Both the position numbers and the translations under genes were made by a program. The notes under the pieces were generated by a model. That model was not told where the DNA came from and searched no databases. It saw only the letters and a program-made list of their open reading frames with translations. Of a stretch of 64,000 bases of DNA, positions 14,863-27,838 are shown piece by piece (the stretch's first letter is position 1; every line of letters starts with the position of its first letter). This DNA is from Nitrosopumilus sp. (GTDB lineage: Archaea; Thermoproteota; Nitrososphaeria; Nitrososphaerales; Nitrosopumilaceae): contig CBDBLO010000002.1 of NCBI GenBank assembly GCA_965207075.1, forward strand, positions 1,440,001 through 1,504,000. The letters are read 5' to 3'.

Positions 14863-15726
14863 TCACAGGCGTGCAATCCTTCTGAACTGCGGATTGTCAT
14901 GGAGGGGTACGAACGCCGGCTCATCTTTTGCCCACTGGCGGATTGTCTTTGAGCGCGACGAGGCGGCCTGCTTTAGGAGTTCCAGAGCCTCCGGATAACG
15001 TCCCAGTGCGGCAAGGCTGCGGGATTTTGCGTACGTCAGATTCACGTTTGATCCGTGCGACGACAGCAAACGGTCATACACCCGAAGGGCCTCCTCGTGC
15101 CGGCCCGTCTCTGCAAGCTCGATCCCTCGGTGAAAGCGCGCGTCCGTGTGATCAGGGTGCTTTTTCAAGACACGCTCAAAGCATTCCATGGCCTCTGAGT
15201 GCATCTTCATTTTTCCAAGCACTATCCCCTTGTAAAATAACGCGTTTGCCTTTTTCGGATCAAGCGAGTGGGCTTTTTCAAGCATCTCGATGGCGTCCTC
15301 GCGCTCCTGCAGTCGATCAAGCAGGACGCCCATGTTAAAGTACGACGCGGCGTGCTTGGGATCGGCGCTTATCGCCTTTTGATAATACTCGGCGGCGTCC
15401 TGTATGTTGCCCATCTCGGCCATTGCGATTCCACGGTTGTTGAGGGCCTTGACGTCATCGGGGGATACGGCGAGCAGCTGGTCAAAGCAGGTGACCGCGT
15501 CGGAATATTTCTTAGCCATGTTGAGCGCCATGCCCTTGCCGTACAAAGCCCGGGTGCTGCGGGGATCGGACTTTAGTATTCTGTTGTACAGGGAGATGGC
15601 ATCCTTGGGCTTGCCGGATCCCGCAAGCGAGTCGGCCCTGTTCAGGATCTCCTTTGAGTCGGACTCAGAGATACGGCTGCCGCCGCTGTCCCCGCCGCGT
15701 CCAAAGTTGAAGAATCCCACGCACAT
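14863..15726 (-). CDS. tetratricopeptide repeat protein
   Basis: About seven 34-aa TPRs (ALYGKGMAL, ALNNRGIAM, SYFNMGVLL, ALFYKGIVL). Confidence 0.92.
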   Translation of the reverse strand: MCVGFFNFGRGGDSGGSRISESDSKEILNRADSLAGSGKPKDAISLYNRILKSDPRSTRALYGKGMALNMAKKYSDAVTCFDQLLAVSPDDVKALNNRGIAMAEMGNIQDAAEYYQKAISADPKHAASYFNMGVLLDRLQEREDAIEMLEKAHSLDPKKANALFYKGIVLGKMKMHSEAMECFERVLKKHPDHTDARFHRGIELAETGRHEEALRVYDRLLSSHGSNVNLTYAKSRSLAALGRYPEALELLKQAASSRSKTIRQWAKDEPAFVPLHDNPQFRRIARL

Positions 15727-15944
15727 GTTGTATACGGCACGAATTTACATTTTGTGGGATTGTGGCACGCGCGGACGCTTGCGCCGCGCCCGGGATGCGG
15801 GCGGAGGGGGGAGCGGCGGAGGGGGCCACGACGGGCGGAGGGGGCAGAGCAAGCCAGTTCCAAGGCCGGGCATGGCCAAGGGGCGCGACGTCGGCGTTGC
15901 TTGCCGCGCCGGTTATGGTCCGCTTACGGGCGCCGCCATGTGCG

Positions 15945-16115
15945 TCACGCTTCGCGCTTGTCACTGTCATCAGCGTCGCCGGCCCCGCAAAGGGCCTTGA
16001 ATTTCTCTATCGCCTCCAATGCCATCTTCTCTTGTTCGGCAGCAGACGTGTCGGTCGGATCATCAGAGGCGTACGCGTCGCCGCCCGCGTCCGAACCCGC
16101 GTCGTTCGAATCCAT
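15945..16115 (-). CDS. small acidic hypothetical protein
   Basis: ATG at 16115 with TTTTAT ~30 nt upstream. Contains helical EQEKMALEAIEKFKAL. Confidence 0.4.
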   Translation of the reverse strand: MDSNDAGSDAGGDAYASDDPTDTSAAEQEKMALEAIEKFKALCGAGDADDSDKREA

Positions 16116-16215
16116 GATTGGAGTGGCGGGGTGCATGCCCCCATAAAAGATTGATCACGCCGGATCCCCGCCGCTTATGCGGTACGATGTATCGCGGCCT
16201 TGCGCCGCCGCCGCC

Positions 16216-16262
<47 letters not shown>

Positions 16263-16363
16263 CGCCGCGCTCACCGTCACCGAGACGCCGGCGTGTCAGG
16301 GAGGCTGGCTTGCCCGCAGCAACGGCGACAAACACAAAATAACGACGCGCCCGCAACCGGGGC

Positions 16364-17389
16364 ATGGGCGTAAACATAAAGGACATAATCACGACAAGGG
16401 AGAGGACCGACATAGGATACTTTGCCTCAAAGGTCGTGGCAATCGACGCATACAACGCGATATACCAGTTCCTCTCGAGCATACGCGGCGTCGACGGGGC
16501 CCAGATGGCCGATTCGAGCGGAAGGGTGACAAGCCACCTCAGCGGGCTGTTCAACCGCAACGTCAGCTTTCTTGTAACCGGCGTCAAGCCCGTCTACGTG
16601 TTTGACGGCAAGCCGCCGTCCCTCAAGTCTGCAGAGGTGGAGAGGAGGCGCCAGGTGAAGAGGGACGCGGCCGTAAAATATGAAAAGGCCGTATCCAAGG
16701 GCGACATGGCCGAGGCCAGAAAGTTTGCGCAGCAGACCACGTCACTTCAGGACGGGATGATACAAGAGTCAAAGCAGCTGCTGGATCTGCTGGGCATCCC
16801 GTACGTGGACGCCCCGTCAGAAGGCGAGGCGGTCTCGGCGCACATGGCAAGCACGGGGGTTGCCTTTGCATCCGCAAGCCAGGATTTTGACTCCGTGCTG
16901 TTCGGGGCAAAACGGCTCGTCAGGAACTTTACAAGCGGCAAGAGGAGGAAGAACCCGAACAGCAACACGTACGTCGACGTCGTGCCCGAGATAATCGAGG
17001 CGCGCAAGGTGTACGACGCGCTGGGCATAACCCACGAGCAGATAGTCGACATCGGAATACTCGTAGGGACGGACTTCAACCCCCGCGGCTTTGAGAGGAT
17101 CGGCCCGAAGACCGCGCTCAAGCTGATCAAGAGGCACAAGAGGCTGGAGGACATACCGTCCATACAGGAACAGCTGGGCAGGACGGAGTACGAGGAGATA
17201 CGCAGGATATTTCTCGCGCCCAAGGTGCCCGACGGGTACGCCCTGGAGTTCGGCGCGCCTGACCGCGACGGCATACTCGAGTATCTGGCAGCCGAGAGGG
17301 ACTTTAGCGCGGAGAGGATACAGTCCGCACTCCACAGGCTTGAAAAGGCCCAGGAAAGGCGCGGTCAGAGCCTTGAGAAGTGGTTCTGA
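16364..17389 (+). CDS. fen: flap endonuclease 1
   Basis: [36 protein letters not shown] and GTDFN motifs, with a C-terminal PIP box QSLEKWF. Confidence 0.97.
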   Translation: MGVNIKDIITTRERTDIGYFASKVVAIDAYNAIYQFLSSIRGVDGAQMADSSGRVTSHLSGLFNRNVSFLVTGVKPVYVFDGKPPSLKSAEVERRRQVKRDAAVKYEKAVSKGDMAEARKFAQQTTSLQDGMIQESKQLLDLLGIPYVDAPSEGEAVSAHMASTGVAFASASQDFDSVLFGAKRLVRNFTSGKRRKNPNSNTYVDVVPEIIEARKVYDALGITHEQIVDIGILVGTDFNPRGFERIGPKTALKLIKRHKRLEDIPSIQEQLGRTEYEEIRRIFLAPKVPDGYALEFGAPDRDGILEYLAAERDFSAERIQSALHRLEKAQERRGQSLEKWF

Positions 17390-17563
17390 CGCGCGATCGT
17401 TACGTTGCGGCGCCTGCGGCGGCAGACGGCCCTGCTGCCATGCCGGGGGAGGGGGCGCTGCCACTTGCGGGCGTGACTTGCGGCTGCGGGGAGGGGGTGT
17501 GCGGGGCTCATGCCGCCTCCGCCCCAGCTCAACAATTAATTACAAAGCTCTGGCACACAGGGC

Positions 17564-18109
17564 ATGATCCAGACAGAGGCCAGGAGGACGCTCAAGGACG
17601 CGCCCATCATGTGGAGGAGGATAAACTCGATAGGGGTCATAATCGACTGCAACAGCACGTATGCTGCAAAGCTCCAGTACGCAAAGTCGGAGATAATAGG
17701 CAAGACGGTATTTGAGCACGTCCCCAAGGAGTCGTGGGACGGCATGACCAAGTCGCTGACCAGGTGGTTTGAGACGGGCAAGGTCACTGATCAAAAGATC
17801 GTCTTTCTCAAGGAGGACGGCACCAAGTTCCCCGGGCTGCTCCAGGCCACGAGCATCTACGACCGCACGGGCGTGTTGATGGGAAGCAACACCGCGATAT
17901 TCGACCTCGAGGAGATGGCTGCGAAAAGGTCCCTGATCAAGACATGCAATGATTTCATAAGGGACGCCAACAGGCGCCTCGAGGAGATCAGGAGGGAGCA
18001 GTACGAGGTTATGGACGACACCTCAAAGTCCGAGTGCGACGGGCTGAGGCAGATGTTCGAGATGCTGGCAGGCGTCGACCTGGCAGGCATGGTGGACGAC
18101 GCCGCGTGA
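17564..18109 (+). CDS. PAS-domain protein with C-terminal helical region
   Basis: GVIIDCNSTYAAKLQYAKSEIIGKTVFEHVP...KEDGTKFP. Similar to the PAS repeats at 2461-3186. Confidence 0.85.
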   Translation: MIQTEARRTLKDAPIMWRRINSIGVIIDCNSTYAAKLQYAKSEIIGKTVFEHVPKESWDGMTKSLTRWFETGKVTDQKIVFLKEDGTKFPGLLQATSIYDRTGVLMGSNTAIFDLEEMAAKRSLIKTCNDFIRDANRRLEEIRREQYEVMDDTSKSECDGLRQMFEMLAGVDLAGMVDDAA

Positions 18110-18179
18110 GCCGGCTGCGGCGGCAGTATTGGTAGTGGTAGCGGCGGCAACGGCGGCAGCGGCCCAGAAGAGCCGCATC

Positions 18180-20216
<2,037 letters not shown>

Positions 20217-20271
20217 GCGCTCTGTATGCGCCCACATTATCTAAATGTTAAAAAAAAAGAGGTGGCAGTGG

Positions 20272-21477
20272 TTACTGGGATTCCATGCGCGACAGCCAGT
20301 CGTCGTCGTTCTTTGGAGACGTCCGGGTGTCCCGAACCGCCGTGTTGCGCGGGGGTTCCGGAAACGCAAACTCCGCGCTAGCGGGGGGTTCGGGTTCCGG
20401 GGCTCCCGGTCCTGGCGCATACGGGGAGCCGGCGGCCTCTGCCTCTGCTGGCGAGGGGGCCGCAACATCCTCTCGTGGCACGTTCAGGTCCGGCATCGTG
20501 GTCGCCCCATCCGCGCCTGCAGCCGAGGCGGCGCCTGCGTCTAGGTTCGCGCTGGAGAAGGCATCCGGCATGCTGGACGTCCCGGGTGAAGAGGGTTGCT
20601 CCTCGTCGGGGGACCCTGCTGCCTGTGTCAAAGCCCCCTGTGCGCCGTCCGGAGATACCATTCCTGTTACCTCCGGCGACGGCGGCGTCGTCGTAGCTGC
20701 TGTCGCGGCGCCTATAGCCACTTCATCCGGCACGGTCGCGCGTTCTGCAAAGTCGCCCCTCGGCGTCTCGGGCAGAACTGCCTGCATCGGCTCGGAGGAT
20801 ACTGCCAGCTGCTCGGCATGCGGCTGCGCCGCATCCCCTGCAGTGATTCCCTCTCCGCTTATCACAAGATCGTTGACCTCGCGTATCTCAGTCTCCAGTC
20901 CGCGGATCCTCTCCTTGATGTTGCTGATCTCTGCAGTCTCATGAGACGCGTTCTCTATCAGGCCTCCTGTCGCCATCCTTACGGACTCGAACGTCGACTC
21001 TGGGATCTCGCTGCTCTTGTACTGGATCTTTGCATCAAAGAAGAGCATCTTGGCAGATCGTGACTGATCCTCAAGCTCGGCAAGCCTTGCATCCAAGGTT
21101 GCCTTGAGTTCAGCCATCATCTTCTGGAGTGAGTCGAGCTTGGTGCGGTATCTCTCCTCTAGGATCTCCGCATCCACGCGCATCTCGTCGTTTCCGGCCA
21201 CGATCTCGACCATTGCCCTCAGGCGGCGCAGCGTCAGCTGGTTCTCCCGAATCAGCCTCTGCGAGTCAAGCCGCCATTTTGGTATGAAGATGACTACGTC
21301 GCCCTGAACCACCAGGTGTTCGTCGGGGATCATCTGCAGCCCATTGGAGCCGCAGTCGACGCCGACGGACTGGATTGAACCGTCAATCTCAGTTATCGTG
21401 CCGACTATCTTGCCCATGTATGAGCCGTAGATGTCCTTGACGGACTTTCCGATGATCTCGGTGTCGTCGTGTGTCAT
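20272..21477 (-). CDS. cdvA: cell division protein CdvA
   Basis: N-terminal PRC-barrel IIGKSVKDIYGSYMGKIVG, long coiled coil, low-complexity linker and conserved C-terminal DWLSRME. Confidence 0.85.
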   Translation of the reverse strand: MTHDDTEIIGKSVKDIYGSYMGKIVGTITEIDGSIQSVGVDCGSNGLQMIPDEHLVVQGDVVIFIPKWRLDSQRLIRENQLTLRRLRAMVEIVAGNDEMRVDAEILEERYRTKLDSLQKMMAELKATLDARLAELEDQSRSAKMLFFDAKIQYKSSEIPESTFESVRMATGGLIENASHETAEISNIKERIRGLETEIREVNDLVISGEGITAGDAAQPHAEQLAVSSEPMQAVLPETPRGDFAERATVPDEVAIGAATAATTTPPSPEVTGMVSPDGAQGALTQAAGSPDEEQPSSPGTSSMPDAFSSANLDAGAASAAGADGATTMPDLNVPREDVAAPSPAEAEAAGSPYAPGPGAPEPEPPASAEFAFPEPPRNTAVRDTRTSPKNDDDWLSRMESQ

Positions 21478-21733
21478 GTCGTACAATGCGGCGTTCGGTA
21501 TAACCTACGGCGTGTAAGAAATGTTGATCCGTTTTGTTAGATTGTTTTTACCAATCCGTTTGGGGGCGTGGGGCGGGGGATAAGGCGGGCGCATGGTGAT
21601 GGCGGTGGTGGTAGTAGTGATGGTGGTTATGGTGCCGGTGGTGGATGTACGGCATGCGGCGTGCTGCACGCCGGGGCGGTGGCTTGCTCCGCAGAGTCGC
21701 GCGCGGTGCGCGGCGAGTCCCCCCGGCAGAGCG

Positions 21734-22234
21734 TCATGGCAGGTCGGCATATATTGTGCGCGGCGCCGGCTGGCCCTCCCCGCGGATCTCCGTCTTTATC
21801 TGAACGTCCCCAAATACCGGATGGCGCACCTCGGAGACCACCGGGTTCACCGCCCAGCCGTATTTTGGCACTGACGGGAAATGCAAAGACGTGGAAAACT
21901 GGGGGCCGGTAAACTCCCTCCTGTACGTGTCGGCCATTCCAAGCACCTCCACCGTCACCGGGACTTTTGCGCCGGTGTCATCAACGTATGCAATTACCGC
22001 GGTTTTATTTTGTTCATAGTATATCGCGTCAATGCGTATGGATTCCTGCGCGGTTTGCGCGTCAATACTGCTGCTGCTGCTGCTGCCGCTGCCGCCGCGC
22101 GGCAGATCCGTCTCCACGGGCGCAGAGAATACGACGGCGAGCGCGATCGCGGCCACCGCCGCAGACGCCAGCGTCGCGGCAAGAATGCGGGTTTTGCGGC
22201 CGCGTCCGGGGGTAGAAAAAGGAGAGTCGCGCAT
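21734..22234 (-). CDS. membrane-anchored hypothetical protein
   Basis: N-terminal TM helix, poly-Ser linker and a beta-rich domain ending KYGWAVNPV...KTEI. Confidence 0.7.
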   Translation of the reverse strand: MRDSPFSTPGRGRKTRILAATLASAAVAAIALAVVFSAPVETDLPRGGSGSSSSSSIDAQTAQESIRIDAIYYEQNKTAVIAYVDDTGAKVPVTVEVLGMADTYRREFTGPQFSTSLHFPSVPKYGWAVNPVVSEVRHPVFGDVQIKTEIRGEGQPAPRTIYADLP

Positions 22235-22264
22235 TAACCGTCACATCCGCTGCCGCCGTCGTCG

Positions 22265-25171
22265 TCATAACGCGCGCGTCCCTGCGCCCGGGCCGGCAAA
22301 CTCCCTTTTCATGCGCTCGCGCATGGCATCTGCAATTCTTATTCTCTCGATTGCCTGCGCGACGGTGCGCTCAGTGCCCGGCACGGGGTTTTTTGCAAAG
22401 AACCTGCGCACGTCGGGTATGTCCCCGCGCCCGCACACGTTTGCAAGCGAGGAGATCACCCTTCCGAGCAGCGGGTTCCCGTGGCCCACCTTTTTTGATA
22501 CGAGGGGCCAGTTCTTCCGGATCCACGCCCACAGCACACGGGATCCGTAGGGGTTCTCAGACACCCTCAGGATGGGCGCAAAAAAGTTCTGCGAGCGCAC
22601 CTCGCCGGACAGTGCGAACTTTAGGGTGCGCTCAAGCAGTACGGGGTCCCTGAACCCGCACATGGCCCCAAGGAAGCGCATCTTCTGCTCGGTGGTGTCT
22701 GCTGCCTTGTGCAGCGCCGCAAGCCTGCTGTGCATCTTCGCAGGCGTCTCACGCCTGCTGCCGCTGCCACCACGCCTGCCGCTGTTCCACGCCGCGACCG
22801 TGCAGACGGGATCCACCAGGTCGGGGTGAATCGCGCCCCGTGCGTGAGCCCCTCCGGACGCGGACAGCCCGTCATACATGTCCATGCACCTCTCAACCAC
22901 GCCCCGGTCGCCCAAGAGCCCCAGCGACGCAATGACGGGCCCGCGCAGGAGCGAGACCGTGTGCGGCTCGCCGCCGCGGACCTTCCAGCCCACCATGCCG
23001 TGCACCCGCCTGTAAAACTCAGCTGCGTGCCACCTTATCTCGCCGGCCGGCAGCGGGCTGTCAAACGACATCCGGAACAGCTTCGACAGGTTGAGCCCCA
23101 CGTCTGCAAGCACCACTGGGGCGTCCACGTTGCGGTACGCGTCGAGCAGCTCCAGGTAGTCCCGTATCGATGCGAGCCCCGACACACACATTGCAAAGAG
23201 GTCGTTTTGCAGGGCCCACAGATCGGGGGCCCCAAGGCGCCCCGAGTCGGCAAGCATGAGCATGTCAAGCATCATTGCGCCGTCGTACCGCACGCGGTAA
23301 AAGCCCGTCCGTCCCGGATTTGCAATTATCGCGCCGGTGGCGCCACGGCCCCTGCGGGGCGGCCTGCCCGCGGCGGCCTTTGCGGCCGCGCGCCTTGCAC
23401 CAAGCTTTGCGCCTGCCGCGTCCAGGTCAACGCGAATTGATCTCCTTGAGAACAGAACGGTCGACGCGGGGCGCCCGCCCGGCACATGGCGTAGCGAGAG
23501 CGGGATGGGCCACGCGTCGGGCGTCCCCGAGGAAGCGCTGGGCGGGGGCGCCGGCGCGGAACCGGATGACGACAGTGACAGCGGGCGCTTTCTGCCGGAA
23601 TATGAGACGTACCGCTCCTGACGCGCGTGCAGCTTTGAGCCGTTCCCCTTGAGCGAGAGGTGAACCACGGGAAACCCCGGAGTCGTCAGCCACGACCTTA
23701 TCATTCTCGACACCGGCTTGCCCGACTCGGCCTCGATGCACCTCCACAGGTCGGCCCCTTCTGCGTTGCCGTACTTGAATTTTCGGAGGTACAGCCTCAG
23801 GCCTTTTCTAAACGAGTCCACGCCCACGTACTGCTCAAGCATGCGCAGCACGCACCCCCCCTTGTCGTACGAGATGGGATCAAATATCTCGCGTATCTGG
23901 GAGGGCGACGCCACCTCCACGTCTATCGGGTGGGTCGATCTCATGGAGTCCAGGTCCATTCCCGTCCTCATGGCGTCGGTCAAAAACTGCCCCCACATGT
24001 CCCACTCCGGGTACATCCGGTCAAGGAGCTTTGTTGCCATAAAGGTCGCAAAGCTCTCGTTGAGCCACAGATCATTCCACCACTTCATGGTGACCAGGTT
24101 CCCGAACCACTGGTGGGCCAGCTCGTGCGAGATCACCTCGGCGACAAGCTGCTTTGTGCGCGTGGATGATTTTTTCGGGTCGTACAGCAGGAGGTTCTCC
24201 CTGAACGTTATGGCCCCCCAGTTCTCCATGGCGCCCGCCGCAAAGTCCGGCACCGCAATCAGGTCCAGCTTGGGCAGCGGATACGCAATGCCGAAGTACG
24301 ACTCGTAGAGCCCCAGCAGGGTTCTTGCGCACTTCAGGGCGAACCGCGCAAGCCTTCTGTCGACATGCTTTGTGGTAATGACGCGTATGATCGTGTCTCC
24401 GTCCTTCCCCTTCTTCTTCTTCTTCTTCCTCCCCCTCCCAGAACCGCCGGAGTCCTGCACGTATGCAAACTCGCCGACTCCCAGATAGACCAGGTATGTC
24501 GACATGGCCGGGGTGGCTGCAAAACAGAACGTGCGCCTTGCAGACAGCGGATCGCGCCTTACCTGGGATACTGGCATGTTTGACACCGCAGAGTATCTCG
24601 GGCCGGGTACCGTGATGCGTATCCCAAACGTGGCCTTTGCGGAGGGCACGTCCCAGCACGGGAACGCGCGCCTCGCGTCAGACGCCTCAAACTGTGTAGT
24701 GGCCATGTACGACGTCTTTTTGTCGCTGCCGCCGCCGGCACTGCTGCCACTAGATCTGCTCCGGTAAAAACCAAGCAACCGGTCATTCAGCACCCCATCA
24801 AACTCCAGGTCGATAATGACATGACTGCAGCCGGCGCGCTGTCTTCCTCTTCCCCCCACACTGCCGCCGTCCAGCACCACGCTGCGCGGCAGTCTTATCA
24901 CAAGCCGTTCTTTTTTCTCATTTGTCGACAGGGACGATCCCGGTATTTCTATCGGCTCGCCCGTATGAAGGCGTCCCCTTGCGCCCTTCTGCCGGACCAC
25001 GCGAACGCGGCATGAGCGCACGTCAATCTCCGCACAGTCCATCTCTATTGTACGGGCCGGGCCGCCGGGGCACTTCGCCCTGATCGAGGCCCTGCCGGAG
25101 AACACGGAATTCTCAAGGTCCGGTTCAAACTCCAGGTCGTAATGCAGGGGCTCAAAATCGCAATAACCCAT
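22265..25171 (-). CDS. M1 family aminopeptidase (tricorn-interacting factor/PepN-like)
   Basis: TQFEASDARRAFPCWD, GAMENWG, HELAHQW...NES and YDKGG motifs, with many low-complexity insertions. Confidence 0.95.
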   Translation of the reverse strand: MGYCDFEPLHYDLEFEPDLENSVFSGRASIRAKCPGGPARTIEMDCAEIDVRSCRVRVVRQKGARGRLHTGEPIEIPGSSLSTNEKKERLVIRLPRSVVLDGGSVGGRGRQRAGCSHVIIDLEFDGVLNDRLLGFYRSRSSGSSAGGGSDKKTSYMATTQFEASDARRAFPCWDVPSAKATFGIRITVPGPRYSAVSNMPVSQVRRDPLSARRTFCFAATPAMSTYLVYLGVGEFAYVQDSGGSGRGRKKKKKKGKDGDTIIRVITTKHVDRRLARFALKCARTLLGLYESYFGIAYPLPKLDLIAVPDFAAGAMENWGAITFRENLLLYDPKKSSTRTKQLVAEVISHELAHQWFGNLVTMKWWNDLWLNESFATFMATKLLDRMYPEWDMWGQFLTDAMRTGMDLDSMRSTHPIDVEVASPSQIREIFDPISYDKGGCVLRMLEQYVGVDSFRKGLRLYLRKFKYGNAEGADLWRCIEAESGKPVSRMIRSWLTTPGFPVVHLSLKGNGSKLHARQERYVSYSGRKRPLSLSSSGSAPAPPPSASSGTPDAWPIPLSLRHVPGGRPASTVLFSRRSIRVDLDAAGAKLGARRAAAKAAAGRPPRRGRGATGAIIANPGRTGFYRVRYDGAMMLDMLMLADSGRLGAPDLWALQNDLFAMCVSGLASIRDYLELLDAYRNVDAPVVLADVGLNLSKLFRMSFDSPLPAGEIRWHAAEFYRRVHGMVGWKVRGGEPHTVSLLRGPVIASLGLLGDRGVVERCMDMYDGLSASGGAHARGAIHPDLVDPVCTVAAWNSGRRGGSGSRRETPAKMHSRLAALHKAADTTEQKMRFLGAMCGFRDPVLLERTLKFALSGEVRSQNFFAPILRVSENPYGSRVLWAWIRKNWPLVSKKVGHGNPLLGRVISSLANVCGRGDIPDVRRFFAKNPVPGTERTVAQAIERIRIADAMRERMKREFAGPGAGTRAL

Positions 25172-25450
25172 GACGACGGACGCCGGGGCGGCCTTAAGTA
25201 GATTTCAGAACGGCCGGGGCGGCAGCGCAAGAGGCGGCAGGCAGGCGTGCGGCGCCAGGATAAATTGCGCCTGCAAGTCGCCCCCCCCCCTCTTTTTGTT
25301 GTCATTGCCACAAATCGGCCGCGGCCGCGGCTGCGTCCGCGCCGTTATCGTGGTTGTCACCTGCACGCTTTGCGCCGGACGCCTTTTTGCGCCGGTTCTG
25401 CCAAGGCCGGCAGCGTAGACTTTAAAATGGCATTGCGCGCAGTACAGCGC

Positions 25451-25876
25451 ATGAGCAGGCAGAAGACCGCTACTAGAAGCGTAAAGGTCCTCGTGGCAAA
25501 GCTGGGCCTCGACGGGCATGACCGGGGGGCCTTGGTGCTCTGCAGGGCCTTTAGGGACGCCGGGATGGAGGTCATCTATTCGGGACTCTTTGCGACCCCG
25601 AAGAGGATTGCGCAGATTGCAGAGGACGAGGACGTGGATGCAGTGGCCATGAGCCTGCTCAACGGGGCGCACGGGACGCTGTTTCCAAGGGTCGTAAAGG
25701 AGATGCGGAAAAAGGGCATGGACGACGTGCTGATTGTCGGGGGTGGTGTGATTCCAGAGGCGGATCATGCGTACCTCGTAAAGTCAGGGGTGGACCACGT
25801 GTTTGGTCCGGGAACGCCGCTGCCGGCCATCATAAGCCACATCAACACCGGCGTTGCCAAGCTGCGGGAACTCTGA
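25451..25876 (+). CDS. methylmalonyl-CoA mutase, cobalamin-binding subunit (3HP/4HB cycle)
   Basis: AKLGLDGHDRGA B12-binding motif, GGGVIP and VFGPGT. TTTAAAA upstream. Confidence 0.93.
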   Translation: MSRQKTATRSVKVLVAKLGLDGHDRGALVLCRAFRDAGMEVIYSGLFATPKRIAQIAEDEDVDAVAMSLLNGAHGTLFPRVVKEMRKKGMDDVLIVGGGVIPEADHAYLVKSGVDHVFGPGTPLPAIISHINTGVAKLREL

Positions 25877-25973
25877 GAGGCGGCTGCCGCCGGCAGGCAG
25901 GCGCGTAAAAAAAAAGTCACGGACGTCAAAAATTCATGCTTTGTGCGCGGCGTTGCTAGTACGCGCCTTTCCA

Positions 25974-26972
25974 TCACTCGGTGGAATCAGGCCACATCAT
26001 CTTGCGCATCCTCTTTCCAACCTGCTCTATCTGGTGCTCGTCATATTTTTGCATGTGCGACTCGAACGCGTCCTTGCCGCTCTTCTCGTACTCGGACACC
26101 CACTCGCGGTTGAACGTGCCGTCCTGGATCATGTCCAGGACCTTTTTCATACGCTCCTTTGTGGAGTCGTCCATTACGAGCGGCCCGCGGGTCAGCCCGC
26201 CGTACCTCGCAGTCTCGCTTACGCGCCTCCACATGCCGTTTATCCCGTACCGCTGTATCATGTCCACGATCAGCTTCAGCTCGTGGAGCACCTCAAAGTA
26301 GGCAATCTCAGGCTGGTATCCCGCATCCACAAGCGTCTCAAACGCGTTTGTCACCATAGACGCGGCCCCGCCGCACAGGTCGGCCTGCTCCCCAAACCAG
26401 TCAGTCTCCACCTCCTCCTTGAAGGTGGTCTTGATCAGCCCGGCCCTTGCGCTGCCTATCGCCTTTGCCATTCCAAGCGTCCGGTCCCACGCGGTCCCGG
26501 TATGATCCTGCTCGACTGCGACTATGGACGGCGTGCCGAACCCTTCCAGGTACGTCTCCCTGACCTTGGAGCCCGGTCCCTTGGGCGCCACCATGATCAG
26601 GTCGACGTCGGAGGGGGGATCTATCCACTTCCAGTATATCGCGGCGGCATGTGAGAACGAGAGCGCGTTGCCGGCAGACAGGTTGGGCCCAATCTCCGAG
26701 CGGTACACGGAGGCCTGCATCATGTCCGGGATCAGCACGTGTACGATGTCGGCCCTCTTGACGGCCTCGCTCACAGAAAGCACCGCGTGCCCGTCGGACT
26801 CGGCCTTTGCCCAGCTGGAGCCGCCCTCCCTGAGGCCAACTACCACGTCAAGCCCGGAGTCCTTCATGTTGTTTGCCTGCGCGTCGCCCTGTATGCCGTA
26901 CCCGATGACGGCCACGGTCTGGGTCCTGACGGGATCCAGGCTTATCTCGTCGTCCTTCCACGTCTGGGCCAT
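25974..26972 (-). CDS. ilvC: ketol-acid reductoisomerase
   Basis: VIGYGIQG, MVAPKGPG, EEVETDWFGEQ and SETARYG motifs. Confidence 0.96.
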   Translation of the reverse strand: MAQTWKDDEISLDPVRTQTVAVIGYGIQGDAQANNMKDSGLDVVVGLREGGSSWAKAESDGHAVLSVSEAVKRADIVHVLIPDMMQASVYRSEIGPNLSAGNALSFSHAAAIYWKWIDPPSDVDLIMVAPKGPGSKVRETYLEGFGTPSIVAVEQDHTGTAWDRTLGMAKAIGSARAGLIKTTFKEEVETDWFGEQADLCGGAASMVTNAFETLVDAGYQPEIAYFEVLHELKLIVDMIQRYGINGMWRRVSETARYGGLTRGPLVMDDSTKERMKKVLDMIQDGTFNREWVSEYEKSGKDAFESHMQKYDEHQIEQVGKRMRKMMWPDSTE

Positions 26973-27187
26973 GCGGTGCGGACTGGCGAAGTTAATATTA
27001 ATCAACCACCGCGCTCAGAACCCCGAGACGCTGCCGCAGTTGCGGCACCTGAGGGCCATCGTCCCGGGCCCTGCGGGGCGCTTGCCGTCCTCTTGGGCCG
27101 GATGCCGCGGGGCGTCGCCGCGCGCAACCCTGGCAAACTTTTTTCCGCCGCATTCCGGGCACACGGGGCATGCGCGTACCGGGCCCG

Positions 27188-27718
27188 TCAATGCTCGGTC
27201 GGCCTCGTGTCAGAGTCGAAAATGGCCGCAAGCCGGCGCCTGGCGTCCATGTCGACCAGGCGCCTGCGCACCGCGTCCGGCACCAGATCCTCCCACCGGC
27301 CCCCGGAGCGTATCAGGTGCCTTATCGCGCTCGCATTGTATCTGGGACGGTCAACAAAGTCCGGCGTGACCACGTCGATGCCCAGATCAGACAGCAGCAT
27401 TGCGACATACGGGTTGCCGCTGTACGCGCGCCCGAACCCCGGCAGGGTGGCCCTCAGGTATCCCCCCCAGGTGGCGATGTTAAACTGGTTCTCAATTGCG
27501 GTCACAAAGCACCTTGACATGTCCGCGCCCGACTCGACAAGCGAGTCGTGGATCATCTCAATCCGCTCGCCTGCGGTAAACGGATCCTTTTCCATATAGT
27601 TGAACTGGGCGCTTGTAACCGCCACGACCAGCCCGTCGCACTCGGACAGGACCTGCCTTGCCAGCGCAAGGTGTCCCAGATGAAACGGCTGAAAACGCCC
27701 CATCACAAGCCCGCGCAT
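27188..27718 (-). CDS. nadM: nicotinamide-nucleotide adenylyltransferase
   Basis: GRFQPFHLGH, DPFTAGERIEMI and WEDLVP motifs. Confidence 0.93.
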   Translation of the reverse strand: MRGLVMGRFQPFHLGHLALARQVLSECDGLVVAVTSAQFNYMEKDPFTAGERIEMIHDSLVESGADMSRCFVTAIENQFNIATWGGYLRATLPGFGRAYSGNPYVAMLLSDLGIDVVTPDFVDRPRYNASAIRHLIRSGGRWEDLVPDAVRRRLVDMDARRRLAAIFDSDTRPTEH

Positions 27719-27838
27719 GGTAGTGGTTGGATGCGGGCGCTATTAAGTCGCGAGCTGTCGCCCCAAGCGCCGGACAGTTCGGCAGGCAGGATCCAGGGGC
27801 CGTCTTTGCCGCCGCAGGGCAGGCGGGCAGACGCGGTC

